Shown here: piece by piece, positions 9,916-23,500 of the stretch
How positions within the stretch are numbered: position 1 is the stretch's first letter
Layout of the letters: every line of letters begins with the position of its first letter
IMG/VR virus record: IMGVR_UViG_3300031957_001682
Coordinates: 1-64,000 of that record
Strand: one strand, 5' to 3'
From: a virus
DNA: 64,000 nucleotides
Program-made: the position numbers and the translations under genes
Notes under the pieces: generated by a model
Told to the model about the DNA's origin: nothing
The model's input: only the letters and a program-made list of their open reading frames with translations
The model's database searches: none

Positions 9916-10533
9916 TCACTGCCCCGTTATTTCGCCCCTTGAGCCAAAAGTTCTTGGTTGTCGTTGGTCGTGAGTGTAATAATCTTTAGGTATTCGCACC
10001 AGTCTTTCGGGTGGGATATTTTCGGTCACCCATGCTTCCGGCCCTTCAATTCCCCATCCTTTATTTCTAAATTCACCCTGTACTTCTTTAATCGGTTTTC
10101 TTACACCGACCCTTGCACGATAAGGAAAATCACTCATTACATCTGTTCTTCTTATCGGGCTAAACCAATTACCGGGTTTATCAAAATCAAACAACTTAAC
10201 ATGTGATATGATACCGGCATCAGCCTTTTCTCTAAAATACTTTTCCCAATCTCTTGAATAAGAAGAAAGAGGTTCGGGTTTTAATCCTTGACGGAACACT
10301 TGTTCTGCGGGCTGTTGCATGGAAACCGGCATAGGGCGAACAGGGGTATTCCTATATTCGGGTATTCCCGAATCTACCATCCTTTGCATTTCATTGTTTT
10401 CAAAAAATTCAGCAGTAGGGTGGCTTCTTTGCATCGTCACCGGCCCATACGAACTGGGAAAGTCGGGGTGGAACTCACCCAATTCTGTTTGGCGTGAAGC
10501 CTTGAGAAAATACCATGCCTTCTCAAACACCAT
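9916..10533 (-). CDS. AW..LK-tagged protein with putative ADP-ribosyltransferase (Tpt1/KptA-like) fold
   Basis: N-terminal MVFEKAWYFLKA; VFRQGLKP, GNWFS and EAWVTENIPPERL resemble ART-fold strands; start could be 10545. Confidence 0.5.
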   Translation of the reverse strand: MVFEKAWYFLKASRQTELGEFHPDFPSSYGPVTMQRSHPTAEFFENNEMQRMVDSGIPEYRNTPVRPMPVSMQQPAEQVFRQGLKPEPLSSYSRDWEKYFREKADAGIISHVKLFDFDKPGNWFSPIRRTDVMSDFPYRARVGVRKPIKEVQGEFRNKGWGIEGPEAWVTENIPPERLVRIPKDYYTHDQRQPRTFGSRGEITGQ

Positions 10534-10547
10534 ATCAAGCCTCATGA

Positions 10548-11195
10548 TTACGAATTGGGAGTGTATGGTGCTCGTTGTGGTCCCATTGTTTGTAATTCAC
10601 GAGGCATAAGTTCGTCGGGTGGTGCCCTAAAAAAATCCCTTCTTGTGTCACCCATTGCTACTTCGGGTTTTTGACGACCATGATATTCTTGACCCTCATG
10701 CCTATATGCGTTCCATTGAGGATGAAATGAAGTAGGCGTGTCAACTAGTTGCCTAAATCTAAACGCTTTATTGCCGGTCGTGGGTGAACGGTGTGGGTCG
10801 TCGGGACTTGTATATGGCGCAGGGAACCCTTCTTCATCCGTTGGATAACCCTGTTTAGTTGCAGTAGGCACATCCCTAATTCTATTTTTATTCTTTAGTG
10901 AATCTTCATACAACTCATGAGGGAAATTTTTTGGGTCTAACTCGTACCCTTCCGTGTCTGTTGGTTCGGGGATTATCTTTCCTTTACCTTCCTCATAAGG
11001 ATTTCTTCTGTTTAGCATACCTACGATTGCAGGGTGCATAGTTTTCAATCTTTCTTGAATCCTCAATTGGTTTGGTGCTACTTGGTAGCCACCTTGATTT
11101 GTAAAAGCCGTGTCCGGGTCTATTGTTTCAGTATAAAGTGAATCTTCGGGCAAAGCCTTCAATAATTTCCATGCTTGTTCAAACGGTTGATTCAT
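10548..11195 (-). CDS. AW..LK-tagged hypothetical protein
   Basis: N-terminal MNQPFEQAWKLLKA; AGGTGG SD; start overlaps upstream stop. Confidence 0.7.
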   Translation of the reverse strand: MNQPFEQAWKLLKALPEDSLYTETIDPDTAFTNQGGYQVAPNQLRIQERLKTMHPAIVGMLNRRNPYEEGKGKIIPEPTDTEGYELDPKNFPHELYEDSLKNKNRIRDVPTATKQGYPTDEEGFPAPYTSPDDPHRSPTTGNKAFRFRQLVDTPTSFHPQWNAYRHEGQEYHGRQKPEVAMGDTRRDFFRAPPDELMPRELQTMGPQRAPYTPNS

Positions 11196-11530
11196 TAACA
11201 ATTCCACCTTTTTAGTGATGCGCCTTTAGGAGTAAGTTTACCCTTCTTGCTGGTTGCTCCTTTCATGCCACTCATTCGAGCGCAAAAAGACTTTCGCCTC
11301 TTAGCCTTTTTCGAGCCGGGTTTAAGTTTGCTCGGTTTAGTCGTTACAGGGGGTTTGAGGTTTGCTCCGCTCTTACGCTTGGCGGCGGCACGGCCTTTAG
11401 CGTTCAGTCCACCTTTTTTGCTGTGCTTGTTTGGATTGTAGCCGTGGAATGGTTTCTCTTTTTTGGCTTTTATTACAGCGAAAGCAAGGTCAGCAGGTGA
11501 GCAACAATTACAAAAATCGTAATCCGTCAT
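11195..11530 (-). CDS. small basic protein of a widespread marine phage family (GGLNAKGR...RKSFCARM...RWNC)
   Basis: Recognisable basic domain preceded by Cys-rich leader and LAFAVIKA. Confidence 0.75.
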   Translation of the reverse strand: MTDYDFCNCCSPADLAFAVIKAKKEKPFHGYNPNKHSKKGGLNAKGRAAAKRKSGANLKPPVTTKPSKLKPGSKKAKRRKSFCARMSGMKGATSKKGKLTPKGASLKRWNC

Positions 11531-14500
11531 GCGCCATCACCTGTGTGGTCCGTTGAATTGTAGTCAACATCTCCTTTATGTCCTTTTGGATGAAGGGATT
11601 GGGAGAAGCGTGGTTGTACGGTGAAGTCCTTACGGACAACGCTCTCATCGCTTTCCACGGATGTGCGACGGCGTGATGCGTCAGCACGATAATGTTCCAA
11701 AGTATTTTCACTGATAATTACACGAGTGACTTCATTGTCAATTTTACTGCTATCAAAGCCGCTATCGCCCGTTCCGATAATCTTTGGTCCTTGACTCATA
11801 GGTACGGTGTCACTTGCGCTAATGTCCATGTAATACGCAGGTGTGTAAGGTGGGTTAGTGTCGGGGTTGGTGGCACGAATGTACGAACCAACCGATGCCT
11901 TACCGTTATCCACATCATACACATAAAGCCCATACTTTCCGCCAGCGGTAGCACCGAAGTAATTGCTACCATACTGCGGGGCTGATGAGTGCAAGTTGAG
12001 GTTGGAACGGAACATTTCAGCGTGTTGTTTGTCCAGTAATCGAACTGGGCGCATCATGTATGTGACCTTCTTATCTGTCACATTTGTACGCACATGTCCG
12101 TTAGTGTCCGTTTGGTATGGGTTGCTGGACTTCCACGCAGATGCCGCAGTGATACCATACTTTTCGGCAAGATAACCTTCAACTTGTTGTAGTTCTGTAG
12201 TGCTTAATGCTCTATTGAATTGAATAATTTCAGCAATCTCACCCACATACGGTGCTGATGATGTGTTTAATGTACCTATGTTTTGTGCATCAGCCGTTGA
12301 TTTGTAAAAATTAGCAGATTGAGTGCCTATTTGAGTACCATCTACCCTTAGCAATTGAGTAGCAGAAGCACCTGCGCCATCACCACCGCTTATTTGCATG
12401 GTGATGATGTCGGGTGTGTTGAGTGTAATAGAACCCGTAGCAGATTTCAACGCTTTCCAAGTTGTATCAGCACCAGCCCAATACTCCCATTGATTATTTG
12501 AACCTGTCATATCGGCATATAGATTGTACCCCGACCTCGTGACAGGAGAGGCACTTCTACTTTCATAACCTAATTGATTAGCATTGTTATCACTGTTCAC
12601 AGCACCTACGAAAAATATTGTAAATTGATTTGTATTCAAATTAGCATCGAAAGCCAATTCAAGTTTATCTCCACCATCAAATCTTAACACAGGCATGTTA
12701 TTAAAATCGGATTCACTTGCGATATATGTTGGCTTTTTACTACTTGTAGATTGAGTAAAGTTTCGATTATTTCCACTCGTATCAGCCCATGTTGATACAC
12801 TTTCACCATCAGTCAAATCGAGGCTGTCGGCTTTAAGCCACAACACCATACCCGATGTTGGTATGCCTCCCCATTCAGTGTCGTCAATAGGTGAAAGATA
12901 GTTGCGGGTTTCAGCGAGGTAAGTACCACCAAGCGGGTTGAAGTTTGAGGTGTGACTCATACGCAACACACCGCCTTGAGGTTGCCCTCCGAAGTCGAGT
13001 GCAGTGAGGTCGTAGTTGCCTATAGTTTGAGAGCCAGTTTGCATACCGCCCTGTAGCACAACACGCTGTCCTACATTGCGGTCTGTGTGTAGGCTGTGCG
13101 CCTCGGTGTTAATGATGATTTGATTGGTGTCCACACCTTGTAGGTTTTCGGTGTCAAGACCGATACGGGGGCTACTGCGGCTTATAGCATCCTTGTGAGG
13201 TGAGTCACCAACGATGTTCTCCATGCGGTCACTCACTACTGCTTCGGGCTTGAGTAGTCCATCTTCTGCAATCTCCAAGCGTGAACTGATACCACGAGGT
13301 ACTTCATCGGCTTGCAGTGTATCGTTTCTTGCACGAATAAATCCATCATTGAGGATAGGCTCGGCGGTGTGATGAGAGAGGACAAGACCCGTGGTGTGTA
13401 TTGGTTCACTCAATGCGGTGAGTACATCTTCGTTGAATTGAGTTGGGTATCGAATACCTCGACCATTACCCATGTCACCCACACGCTGTGCGTTTGATGG
13501 CATGAACACATCAACCAGTGTTGTTGAGTCACTACTATTGGTGTTGTTTAACCGACCACCAAATCTCGGTACGGTCGCTGAAATATCCAATGCCGAGTCT
13601 GCCGCATTGGTAAGTCCCTTCAAGTTGACAAGGTGCTTTCCGTTGTTGTGTATTCGCTGATACGGTGTACGGTTGTTGCGTCGGTCATACTCGTATGCGT
13701 CACCCGCATCCCATGATGGGCGAATACCGAATGAACGGACAGGGAAGCGGCGAACATCTTCACCACGGGTGTTGCCCCACCAATCAACGAGGTAGTATTT
13801 TGCCGCACTCTCAATCGAGTCCAAGCCCTTACCGTTGCCATCGCCCCACCAATCACGCAGTACAGTAGCACTGTTGCGTAGGGTGCGTACAGGGCATCCG
13901 AACGGGCGGGTGAAGCGTACACCGTCGCTGTACCGAACTTGCCATTCCGGTTTGTCAACGCCGAGCATACCGGAGAAGTTAGTTTGTCGTTCCATAATAC
14001 CAGTGTATGTGTTAGGGAATGTTGGGTTTGAACTACCGTTGCCGCCAGCGTAAGTCCATGTTTGAGTTTCTTCTTGTACAAACGGACCATGCTTGTACGC
14101 AACGCTGGCGTTGGTTGCTGTTATTGCTGTTTCACGCAATGCTCGCAAACCGTACATAGACCACTGCGGCTTGTTGTATGGTTGGCGTAGGCCAAAGCGA
14201 TAACCGAATGGGCGTGGCCGTGTTGGGTTGCTGATGCCATCATACGATGACTTGCTGATACCACTACTCGGTGCATAATCACTGTTATCAGCATCATAGT
14301 CACCATCGGTCCAAATTGGCCCGTCAAAGCCGTAATCCCGTGGGTATTCCCAAGACGATGAAACATAGGCGTAGCCATCAAGACGGCTCACCAGTGGTCC
14401 ACCACGGCTACCACTCGGCCAAAAGTGATTGAGCATACTCTTGGTGGCTGTATCACTGCTGTCCGATTGTCCACCTTGCATAAGTCCTGTTCCTATTGTG

Positions 14501-17500
14501 GTGTCAATGGTTTGAGCAGTTTGAGGTGTACCGTCTGCACCTGTGTATATGACCGAGCCTACAGTAATTTGAGGTGGTAAAATATCAAACACTACTATGT
14601 TCGTACCTCCTTCTGCTACAGTACCATTGACTTGATACATGTGACCGTCAACAAAGATGTAAGCCCCATCTCCAATACCTTCACCACCGTTTGTTGTAAT
14701 TGTGTGGTCAGCGGTTTGAGATACTACTTGACGAGTATGTGAACCATCAGCGGCAAGGTCAGCGGTCTTGTAGTAGCGCAGTGAATGATTCCCACTTGCC
14801 ATAGTTGTCAACGGTGTACCCTTGACATTAACACACCCTGTCAATGTTGTACCACCAGCACCACCGCCTGTGTATGTGAAGATTTCTTCTTCACTACCAC
14901 TGTTGACATACACTGTGTTTGTACCACTCGTAGGCCATCCAGCCATGATAGTTCCAGTAGCGGTGACCGTGGTGCTACTCACACTTGCTGATGTAGCGGT
15001 GTAGTATGTTGATTGTGCTTCGGTAGGAGGCATGGCTGTCTTCATTCGCAAAGCAAACGGACCCATGCTGGCGTAATAGGTAGCGTCATGGTAGTGAACA
15101 GTTTCAAAGTGTTCCGGCATACTGTTGAGTGGTTTTTGATTGATGGCTCGGTCAGTCAATGGGTTTAACCATGTTCGACTTGCATCACTGTAAAAGGTGT
15201 GGGGGCGACCAAGATTTGGATGCCATAGGCAAAGGAATGCATCAGCCATGTGTAGGCTGTTTGTGTCACGAGTACCCGTAATCAAATTATCAATAGAGTG
15301 AGCCAAAACACTTGTTTCAGTTTCACTTAAAATCGTATTTGCTGGTCGGAAGTCGTATGCACGAGTCAAGCGAATCTTTGTCCCAACGGTTAAGTTGCTG
15401 GTAAAATCACTATTGGCTACAATGGTAAATTGTAGTGGTTTGTTCATGTTGCTTGAATCATAACCGCTTCTTTCAGTGTAAGAATGAGTTCGTCGTGTAC
15501 CTGTAGCGTCTGTGTACTCAAGCAACATACCGTAGTAGGGTTGCTTAGGGAAACCACGAGCATCATCAACTTTTATGACTGTACTCGATGTAAGGCTTAC
15601 AAAAGTACACACGGGCGTGAGGCTGATGTTCTCAAGAATCTCGGAGTATAGGTCGGGGTAATTACTTGGATAACCAGCCAGTGTAATTTGTGCGGCAACG
15701 GAACCGGCGTTGGCTCTTAGGAACTCGTAGTAATTGTCAAGTCGATGCAAAGACAAGTGGTTAAAGCGACTACCATCGGCATCGTCGGGACCGACCTTGT
15801 GGACAATGGACCACCACGGGATATTGATAGTGTACCCCGGAGATGCATCTGCGAATATTCCAGTAGTGTACGGTAGTGAGCGACGAACGAATGCTGGTGA
15901 TTCTGTGCTTTGTACACCAAGAGGGTTGTACAGCATGAGAGGGGGAATGTTGGTGAAATGGCTACCGTGGTCCGGGTCGTGGTCAATCATCAATTCATTG
16001 ATAAACACTTCACAACCTCGCACATCTGCCATTGTAGCGTTAGCCAAGACAAGTGAATAAGCACCTGTAGTAGCATCGGGTTCACGAATACCTACGACAA
16101 GTGCAACTTGTTGGCTTGTTAATTCATTCACAGACTGATTAGGAATATCATTAGCAGGGCCATTTTCATGATAACCAATAAACTGTGAACTGTGCATATT
16201 TGGCTGAATGATGATTTGATAGGCTCCAACTTCCGCAGGGTCGGGGAAGTGTTCTTTCAGTGTGTAAGTACCTGCGGCTTCAAGCACAATGGTGTGCCCA
16301 CCAGCGGCGTTTACTACACCTGCTTGTCCTTCGGAGGCAAGTACGCCGTAGCCGTCATTACGCAACTTGGTTTCAAACATCAGTGAGAACCCACCACCGT
16401 GAATATCGCTTGGCCCACTCGGTGTAGCGGTTAGCGAACCAAAGACCAACAATGGGTCATAGGTAGGGAATTGGTCGGGTGTGCTTGTAATCAAATCATC
16501 CATATCATAACTTTCTTTAAGTATTTCAAACTCACGAGATTGTAAGGTGGCCGAGCGACAGGCTCTATGTTTGTCGTATAATCCTTGATAGGCAGGGTGC
16601 GCCCAATGTCCGGGTAGCATAGCCATTGTAGCGTTGACGAAGTGATGGCCCATGCGAGGAATAGGCGCAGGGGTGAGTTGTGGTTTACTGTAAATCGAAT
16701 AGCCAGTCATGGCTTCTTCCGCTGTCACCGAGTAGTTGACATAATGCGTATGTGCCATGTCGGGGCTGTTTCCGCTTACTTCGGCGTGGTCACGAATGCG
16801 GCGTGAACCATAGAATCGTGTGCTACCAGCAGGGATATAATACGATGGAACTACTTTCAGTGCTGTAATACTGCTAAGAACGAGTTTGTTGAATGTTTCA
16901 TCACCCACACAACCGGTGAATGTGGACCCGCTGATACCGGTAAAGGATGCTACGCCGCCTTCATCGGTGGTAGGATTGTACAAGCGAAGGAATCTGCGCT
17001 CCCCAACACGCTCTTTGTTTCCAAAGGTCGAATCGTACACAGCGGAGTTTACAGTTGTATTTACTGTTAAAGTAGTGCCACTAAAAGACACGCCTGTGAG
17101 TTCGTGATTAACAACACCATCTGCATGAGAATAGATAACTGGGTGCTTGTGGGTGTTGGTATTACCCATCTTTGTCACATGGAAATACAGTGTTCGGTCG
17201 TGTAGTTCATAGGCTGTTTCAAGAGGTGCGTTTCCGGTGGAACTTTGCCAGCCCGACATTGTGCTTTCGGGGCTATCTATACCTTGCTTGAGGTGTTCCC
17301 AATTGTGGTCACTGTAGGTAGGACCGAGGTTAGGGCTAACTGAATCAGTGTTAAACAAATGCTCAACAGTTGATTTTGTCATCATACCGCCTGTACCCAT
17401 TGATTCTGTTTGATAGGCTTGGAGTCGGTCGAAGCCGGAGCGAATGACTAAGTTGCCGGGTATTGAATCGGGGTCCGGTAGGCGAATCTTGAGGTTAGGG

Positions 17501-20500
17501 CTTATCCCACTACCACTAACGGCTGGTGCTAATCCCTGTGCCCCACGGTCGGAAAGTTGAGTGAAGGTGCGAATGATTGTACCAAACGGTGAACCACCCT
17601 CGATTTTGTGTTCTTGCCCCGTATCGTCAATAACAGTGATACTTTCAAATTGAATTTCTTCATTTGGAATTTCAAGGATATTCCGCAACAAGTCGGGGTG
17701 ACGAGCGGCTAATTGAGGGTGTGACAATTCTTGCGCTTGGATGATTGGGAACATTGCGCTGTTAGTTGACTCAAAGGTGAAGCGGTTATTGCCGTACAGT
17801 TTTTCACCAGTGGTGTATGCGTTTCCACCGGCTACACGAGTGACAAATGGTACAGCACCCAACCCTCGTGCATTTGAAGCAGGGAGGCTAAGGTTGCCAC
17901 CATCCATACGCTTCCACACTACATGTTCAACACTGAAATTCTTAGCAGGTGTGCGTTGTGCTAACTTGTACCCATTGGTGTCACCAAGCCAAAACTCCGG
18001 TCCAGTCACGCCATCCACAGTGGTTTCTGTGTAATCGTAATTGTCAATTTCAGCATCAGCACTCGCAATTGTCAATTCCTTTGTGATGTTTCGTAATACA
18101 TCTGTAGCAACTTCAAGTTGAACTGAACCGGGGCTAATATCGGTGTCAAAGAACAAATCGCCTGTTTCAGCAAAACAAGGTTCAGCGTTAAACAAGTTGG
18201 TATCTTGGTCACCGGTCAGTGCGGTGTGTAAGACATAAGCACCGTTTGGTACATCAGCAGTAGGGGTAGCGGTTCCTGTAGCAATCAACGCTTCAACATT
18301 CGGACCAGCATTAGCAGGTGCAATGTATCGTTCAGCATTGTGGAACCGCTCATCCCATCGTGTAGTACCAGCGAATGTGATAGCAGTAGCGGCGGCTACA
18401 CCAGCACGAGTCTTTGATACGACCGACAACCAATCACCGGTTGACTTGATACCGTCACGGTCAGTCTTGGCTACAAGAGCCAATTCACTTTCGTTGCTAA
18501 TGACAAGCATTGCTCGACTGAATACACCCTGTTGGTGGTGTAGTTTTGGATTGAGTACAAAGTTTGTATCTGTGTCTATTTCACGCATGTGTGCTGGTTT
18601 AGCACTGAAAATATCCTTTGCACTTTCAACATCAGTAAAGTCGTAATTGGTGTACCACGAAGCATTTCCAGCCAAACCAATGTTCCAAGTGTACGGGGTG
18701 GTGAGGGCAACATCGTATGATGTATTCGATGCTTCTTGCCCGTTGACTCTTGGGCTTGATTCGGGACTGTTGTACATTGGGTATGAACTTGGCAAGTGAC
18801 CTAATGTACTCATACATGAGGCTGATGAGCCGTATGGGGTGAATCCCATTTTAGGATGCCAAGCACCTTTTCCGGCGGCGTAAAGATTCGTAGTGAAAGT
18901 GAGTGTACCGTTTGTCACAGAACCTCCTGTTGTTGATGCCGACAACTCAAATCCAGTGCTACTGGTGATGCTACGAACATAAGCACCTGTAGGAATACCA
19001 GTTCCACTCACTAACATACCAACCTTCAATTTTGCAGTTGAATCCATTGCAATAGTAGGGTCGTTGTTGTAGTCACAGGTAGCATCGGTAAATGCGCTTG
19101 TATCGACCTTGAGGGAGTTGAGGTAAGAATAACGCTCTCCCGCCCATCCTACGGCTCCTACAGGGCGTGTACGGTCAATAGCATCCACCAGCCCACCAAA
19201 GTGTGCTTGGGTCATGTGACTACGAGGTGTTTCGTTTTCGTTATTGAAGCGGTGAACACCAGCCTTTGACCATACATACAATTGAGATGGAAGTGGATAT
19301 TCAATAGGTTCGGGTTGACTTGGTGGGTTAGGGTCGATAACATGACCCGGACTTGGGTAAGTCAAAGTAGCACCTTGACATTTATTATGCCAAGTTGTAC
19401 GGTCTTCAAGTAAGGGTAAACCACTGATACGATTTGGTGCAAGGTAAAACCGCACTTTGAAAGTACCACTGTCACTGAATACCTCTCGACTATGATAACA
19501 TCCCCATGTTGGTCCAGCGTGATAAGAGGGGTCACTATGCCCTCCACCTACTGTATGGTCACGACCACCAGTAGGTGTACGCACCCACCCACTCATAGGT
19601 AATTGTTCTAATTCTTCTTGAGTAGCACCACTGATACTTGCTTGAATGTAATTTCTTGAGTTAATGGCAGTTCCCAAAGTCCCAGCATAAAGATTACCAA
19701 TCAGCGTATCTGCATTAACAGTTGGTCCTGTACTTGCGGCATTGGTGTACGCTTCAAATGTCATTTCAACCCAACCATAGCGGTCTTGTCGAGATGCATT
19801 ACCCATAGATGGTAGGAATGTACCACCCATTGCTTTAAGTGCGCCTTTACCGGGGTTTTCGTTGATTGCTTGACCGATGATAGTCGCCAGTTCTTCGCCA
19901 TTTTGACAGCGTGTACCGTCAACTACAATATAATCAGTGTCAAAGTTAAGCGCAGTTTCACTGTTCGCACCTTCAAGGATGGCTTTACCCATTACTCCCG
20001 ATACACGATAAGCAGTAGCGTTGACTTGGTTCCACGCTTCCAAAGCATAGCGGTAGTTGCTGTTTGGATTTGGTGGGTTGAAGGAAACTTGGTTGTCCAA
20101 CCACGAACCGCCGGGGTGGTAGCCGCCGTCCATGTGGAAGGTCATATCCGCACTCATGGCAATACCATAGTAGGCAGTTGCACTGTGTTTGTACGGGTGG
20201 GCCTTCCAATAATCTCCTTTATTATCACTGGTAATTTTACCACTTGTCGGGTTGGTAAATACTTCACCATAGTGGGAACCGTGTTCGGGTCGCTGTTGTA
20301 GGTAGCCCACATTTGGAATACCCTGCGGTGGTGACCAGTTGAGTGTGGTGCGCCAGTGATAGCGGTTTCTTGCGGTTTGGTAAGCCGAATCGGGTGGGCC
20401 GTACAAATTGTCACTGTTGGTAATTTCATTTGGTAGGTACTTGCTGTGAGGTACTTTGCTCCAAGTGTTGCCGGTAGTGACGACATATCCGGGGTGTGGC

Positions 20501-23500
20501 TCGACAGCCGCATTGGAGTTGTCGTCTTCGGTGAATGGGAATGCTTGACCGGGGCCATAGACAAGGTAGGTGGTTTTGTTTTCAATGTAATTGAATGTTA
20601 AAGTACCGTTTGAAACCGAGCCGCCAGTAGTAGCCACCGATAACTCAAATGTAGTAGCGTTGGTAATGGATGCTACTGTAGCCCCATCGGGAATGCCTGT
20701 ACCGGTGACCGTCATTCCTACAACAAGTTGGGCTGTCGAATCCATTGTAATCGTTGGGTCATTGTTATAATCACAGGTTGCGTCAACAATAGGCTGGCTG
20801 TCGTGGTAGCGAGCAGTAGGATGAGCAAAGCGAAGCACCAACGGTACAGGCTGTTGGCGAACAATACCTGCGGAGTATCTTGCTCGTACATCACCAGCCG
20901 CCGCCGCATTCAATAAAGCAAAGTTGTCATCCAAGTTGCCGCCCCGTAGGTCGGGCGATAGGATGCTGTTCTTGTTAGACACCGGACTGTTGATTGAGCC
21001 TCGGTGTTGATTGAGTAGGGCTGTACCGGGGAAGAAAGCGAGCAGTGCATTACAATCCACCATAGCGAATGACCCGCTGATTTCATTGGCGTTTTGAATA
21101 CCAGCAGTACCAGTAGGTCCACCGGAGTAAGGATGGGTATAGAATGACGAGTAATCGTTTTGTGTACCATCGTTAATGTCAAGCGTGACACCACTGAATC
21201 CACCACCGAAGTACAATGGTATGCTGTGGTCTATGCTGTCCCTCGCACCACGGAAGTAAATGATAGGCTCACTGTCAACGCTACCGTGTGAACGATAACC
21301 ACATATAGCCTCGAACTCTATGTTGGCAAAATTAGTTAGACTGAAACGAGTGAGTACGAAATCATCAGTAATGTCTTGATAGAAATGAGTCTTCCAAAAA
21401 CTATGTCCATCACCATAGGGGTTTGTTAAAGAGGTGTGAGAAGTAGCACCCTTGATTGATTCTAACCCTGCTACTCCAATTCCTGTAGCAGTAGGGTATC
21501 GGAATGTCATTATCTCACCAAATGAAGGGGCTTTGGCGTGAGTGTCGGCATCATCAGCATCACCCAAAGCATCTGCTTCTTGTCCAGCGGGAATCATAAC
21601 ATGTGCAATTTTATTGGTTTTTGAAAGGAATACATTGCCGGAGTGAGTGTATGATTCAAACAATAAAATTGGATTATTTAAACAAGGCAGAATATGGTCG
21701 CCATTTATTGAAGTGTAATCTTCTCCTTTGAGGTTTCTTCGCCAAGAATTAACTGATACGGGGGTGTTAGCCGAATCAACCAAGACAGGTGTGGCTGTAT
21801 TTGCATTATAACCTCGACCCTTACTTCGTAATTGTAGTACAGTGTATGGGAGGTAGCCTACATCCATTCGACGGTTTGCATCAAGTTCATTATCACTGTA
21901 TGGTTTGTTGATTGCATCGGTGGATGTAATAGCCCAACCAGCAGTAGTGGGTTTGAGAGTTGTGTATTCACCATATTCAAGATGAGCGGCATGAATACCC
22001 CAATCTTTGTGTAGCGTAGCCTCAAACATGTTTGCAAGGGGTTTTGTGTTTCTAAAGGGGTTATGTGCCCGTATTTTGATAGCGTCACCGGCTACTCCCC
22101 ATTGTCCGAATGTTCTTCCATCAGCGGCATACATTCCTCGACAATCAAAGTTGAGTGTGCTACTTGGGCTGGTATGGTTAATCGCCGCCGCTGTCACAGC
22201 CGCCATCAATTCATCAGTCACAAGTGTTGTCCAGTTAATTCGTGGTGAAAGTAAAACACGCATTGAGTTATTGCTTGCGTGAGGTTGCACTGTTGCCACA
22301 TCATGAATTTCAGTTCCTTCGGCGGTGTTTGCAACATAGTGCGAAGAGGTAAAACCATCACCGCTTACACCATAGAAAATATGCGTACCATCATTATCAT
22401 TTTGACTACGATGAGTGTAAGAAAAGGTATTCCCAACAGCCCCCGGTGCTGTAGTACCAGTGAAGGGGTCGTTAATTTGAATCAAGCCGTTTGTTTTAGG
22501 GAACCCAAGATAACCAAGTACATCGGGGTGATTACCTACTACTCCGTCACCAACAGTACCAGTGTCAAACGGTGGATGAAGCACGACAGTAAGTTGACTC
22601 GATGTGAGTGTAATACTTGCATCAATACCAACAGAAGGCGCAGGTACGCCATTCCAGCGATTACCACGGTATGATGCTTCTGTGAGTACACCCGTGGTAT
22701 CAATTCGACCAGTAGCATCACCAAATCCAAGCATGTGATTACCAATGGTAAGTCCACCCTGCCCTACATCTCGGTCATCGAAATACACACATATTTCATT
22801 GTCGAGAGTAGGGGGTAAGGCTGTATTATCATTGCTAAAGTTGTCACCCATTCTGCGATAAATGAACCTCACGCCGTATGTATTTCCACGATGGTCTTCA
22901 AATTGGAATCCATACAGTTGTGAGTCACCCACATTATCAACTTGAGAATCAGTGACATAACCGGAGTAATTGGGAATTGATGATGTATCTGCATCGCCTG
23001 TAGTAATTGCATCGGAGTATCGAGTATCAAACAAACCAGCATCACTTCGGCTACCAAGACCCCACACACCAGCATCGGGGGCAAAACCCGGAATACCACT
23101 GGCGACCATACCACCAAAGTTGACTCGACCAAACGCTTGAGTTCCTGTCCTCAATCCCTCAACAAGAGTTTTTGATGGGCTTTGAGATTCAAATGATTCA
23201 TCATTGATTGTGTTTGCAATCATACCACTACCATTGAAAGCCGATATGCTACGCTTTTGATTATTTGATAGGTTGCTCTTTCTTGTAGCAAAATCACCAT
23301 TGCTTAGGAAATTATCATCAGCATCTTCTTGCGTGACATATTCCCGTAGTGTAGTGATTGGAGCAAATGGCCTACCGTGTTTGTTGATAGGCATAGGCGC
23401 AGGGTGCATGTTCTCACCGGTAGTTTCGTCGGGTTGACACCAAAAGTTTCGGAATCGCCCACCGTGTCCAACAAGGAATTGAGGTTTGTATTGCGATTGA

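Noticed and set aside
18895-20784. Two similar DATCDYNNDPT modules as a diversity-generating retroelement TR/VR pair
   Set aside because: Both copies are in-frame coding, differences are not confined to adenines, and no reverse transcriptase is present in the window
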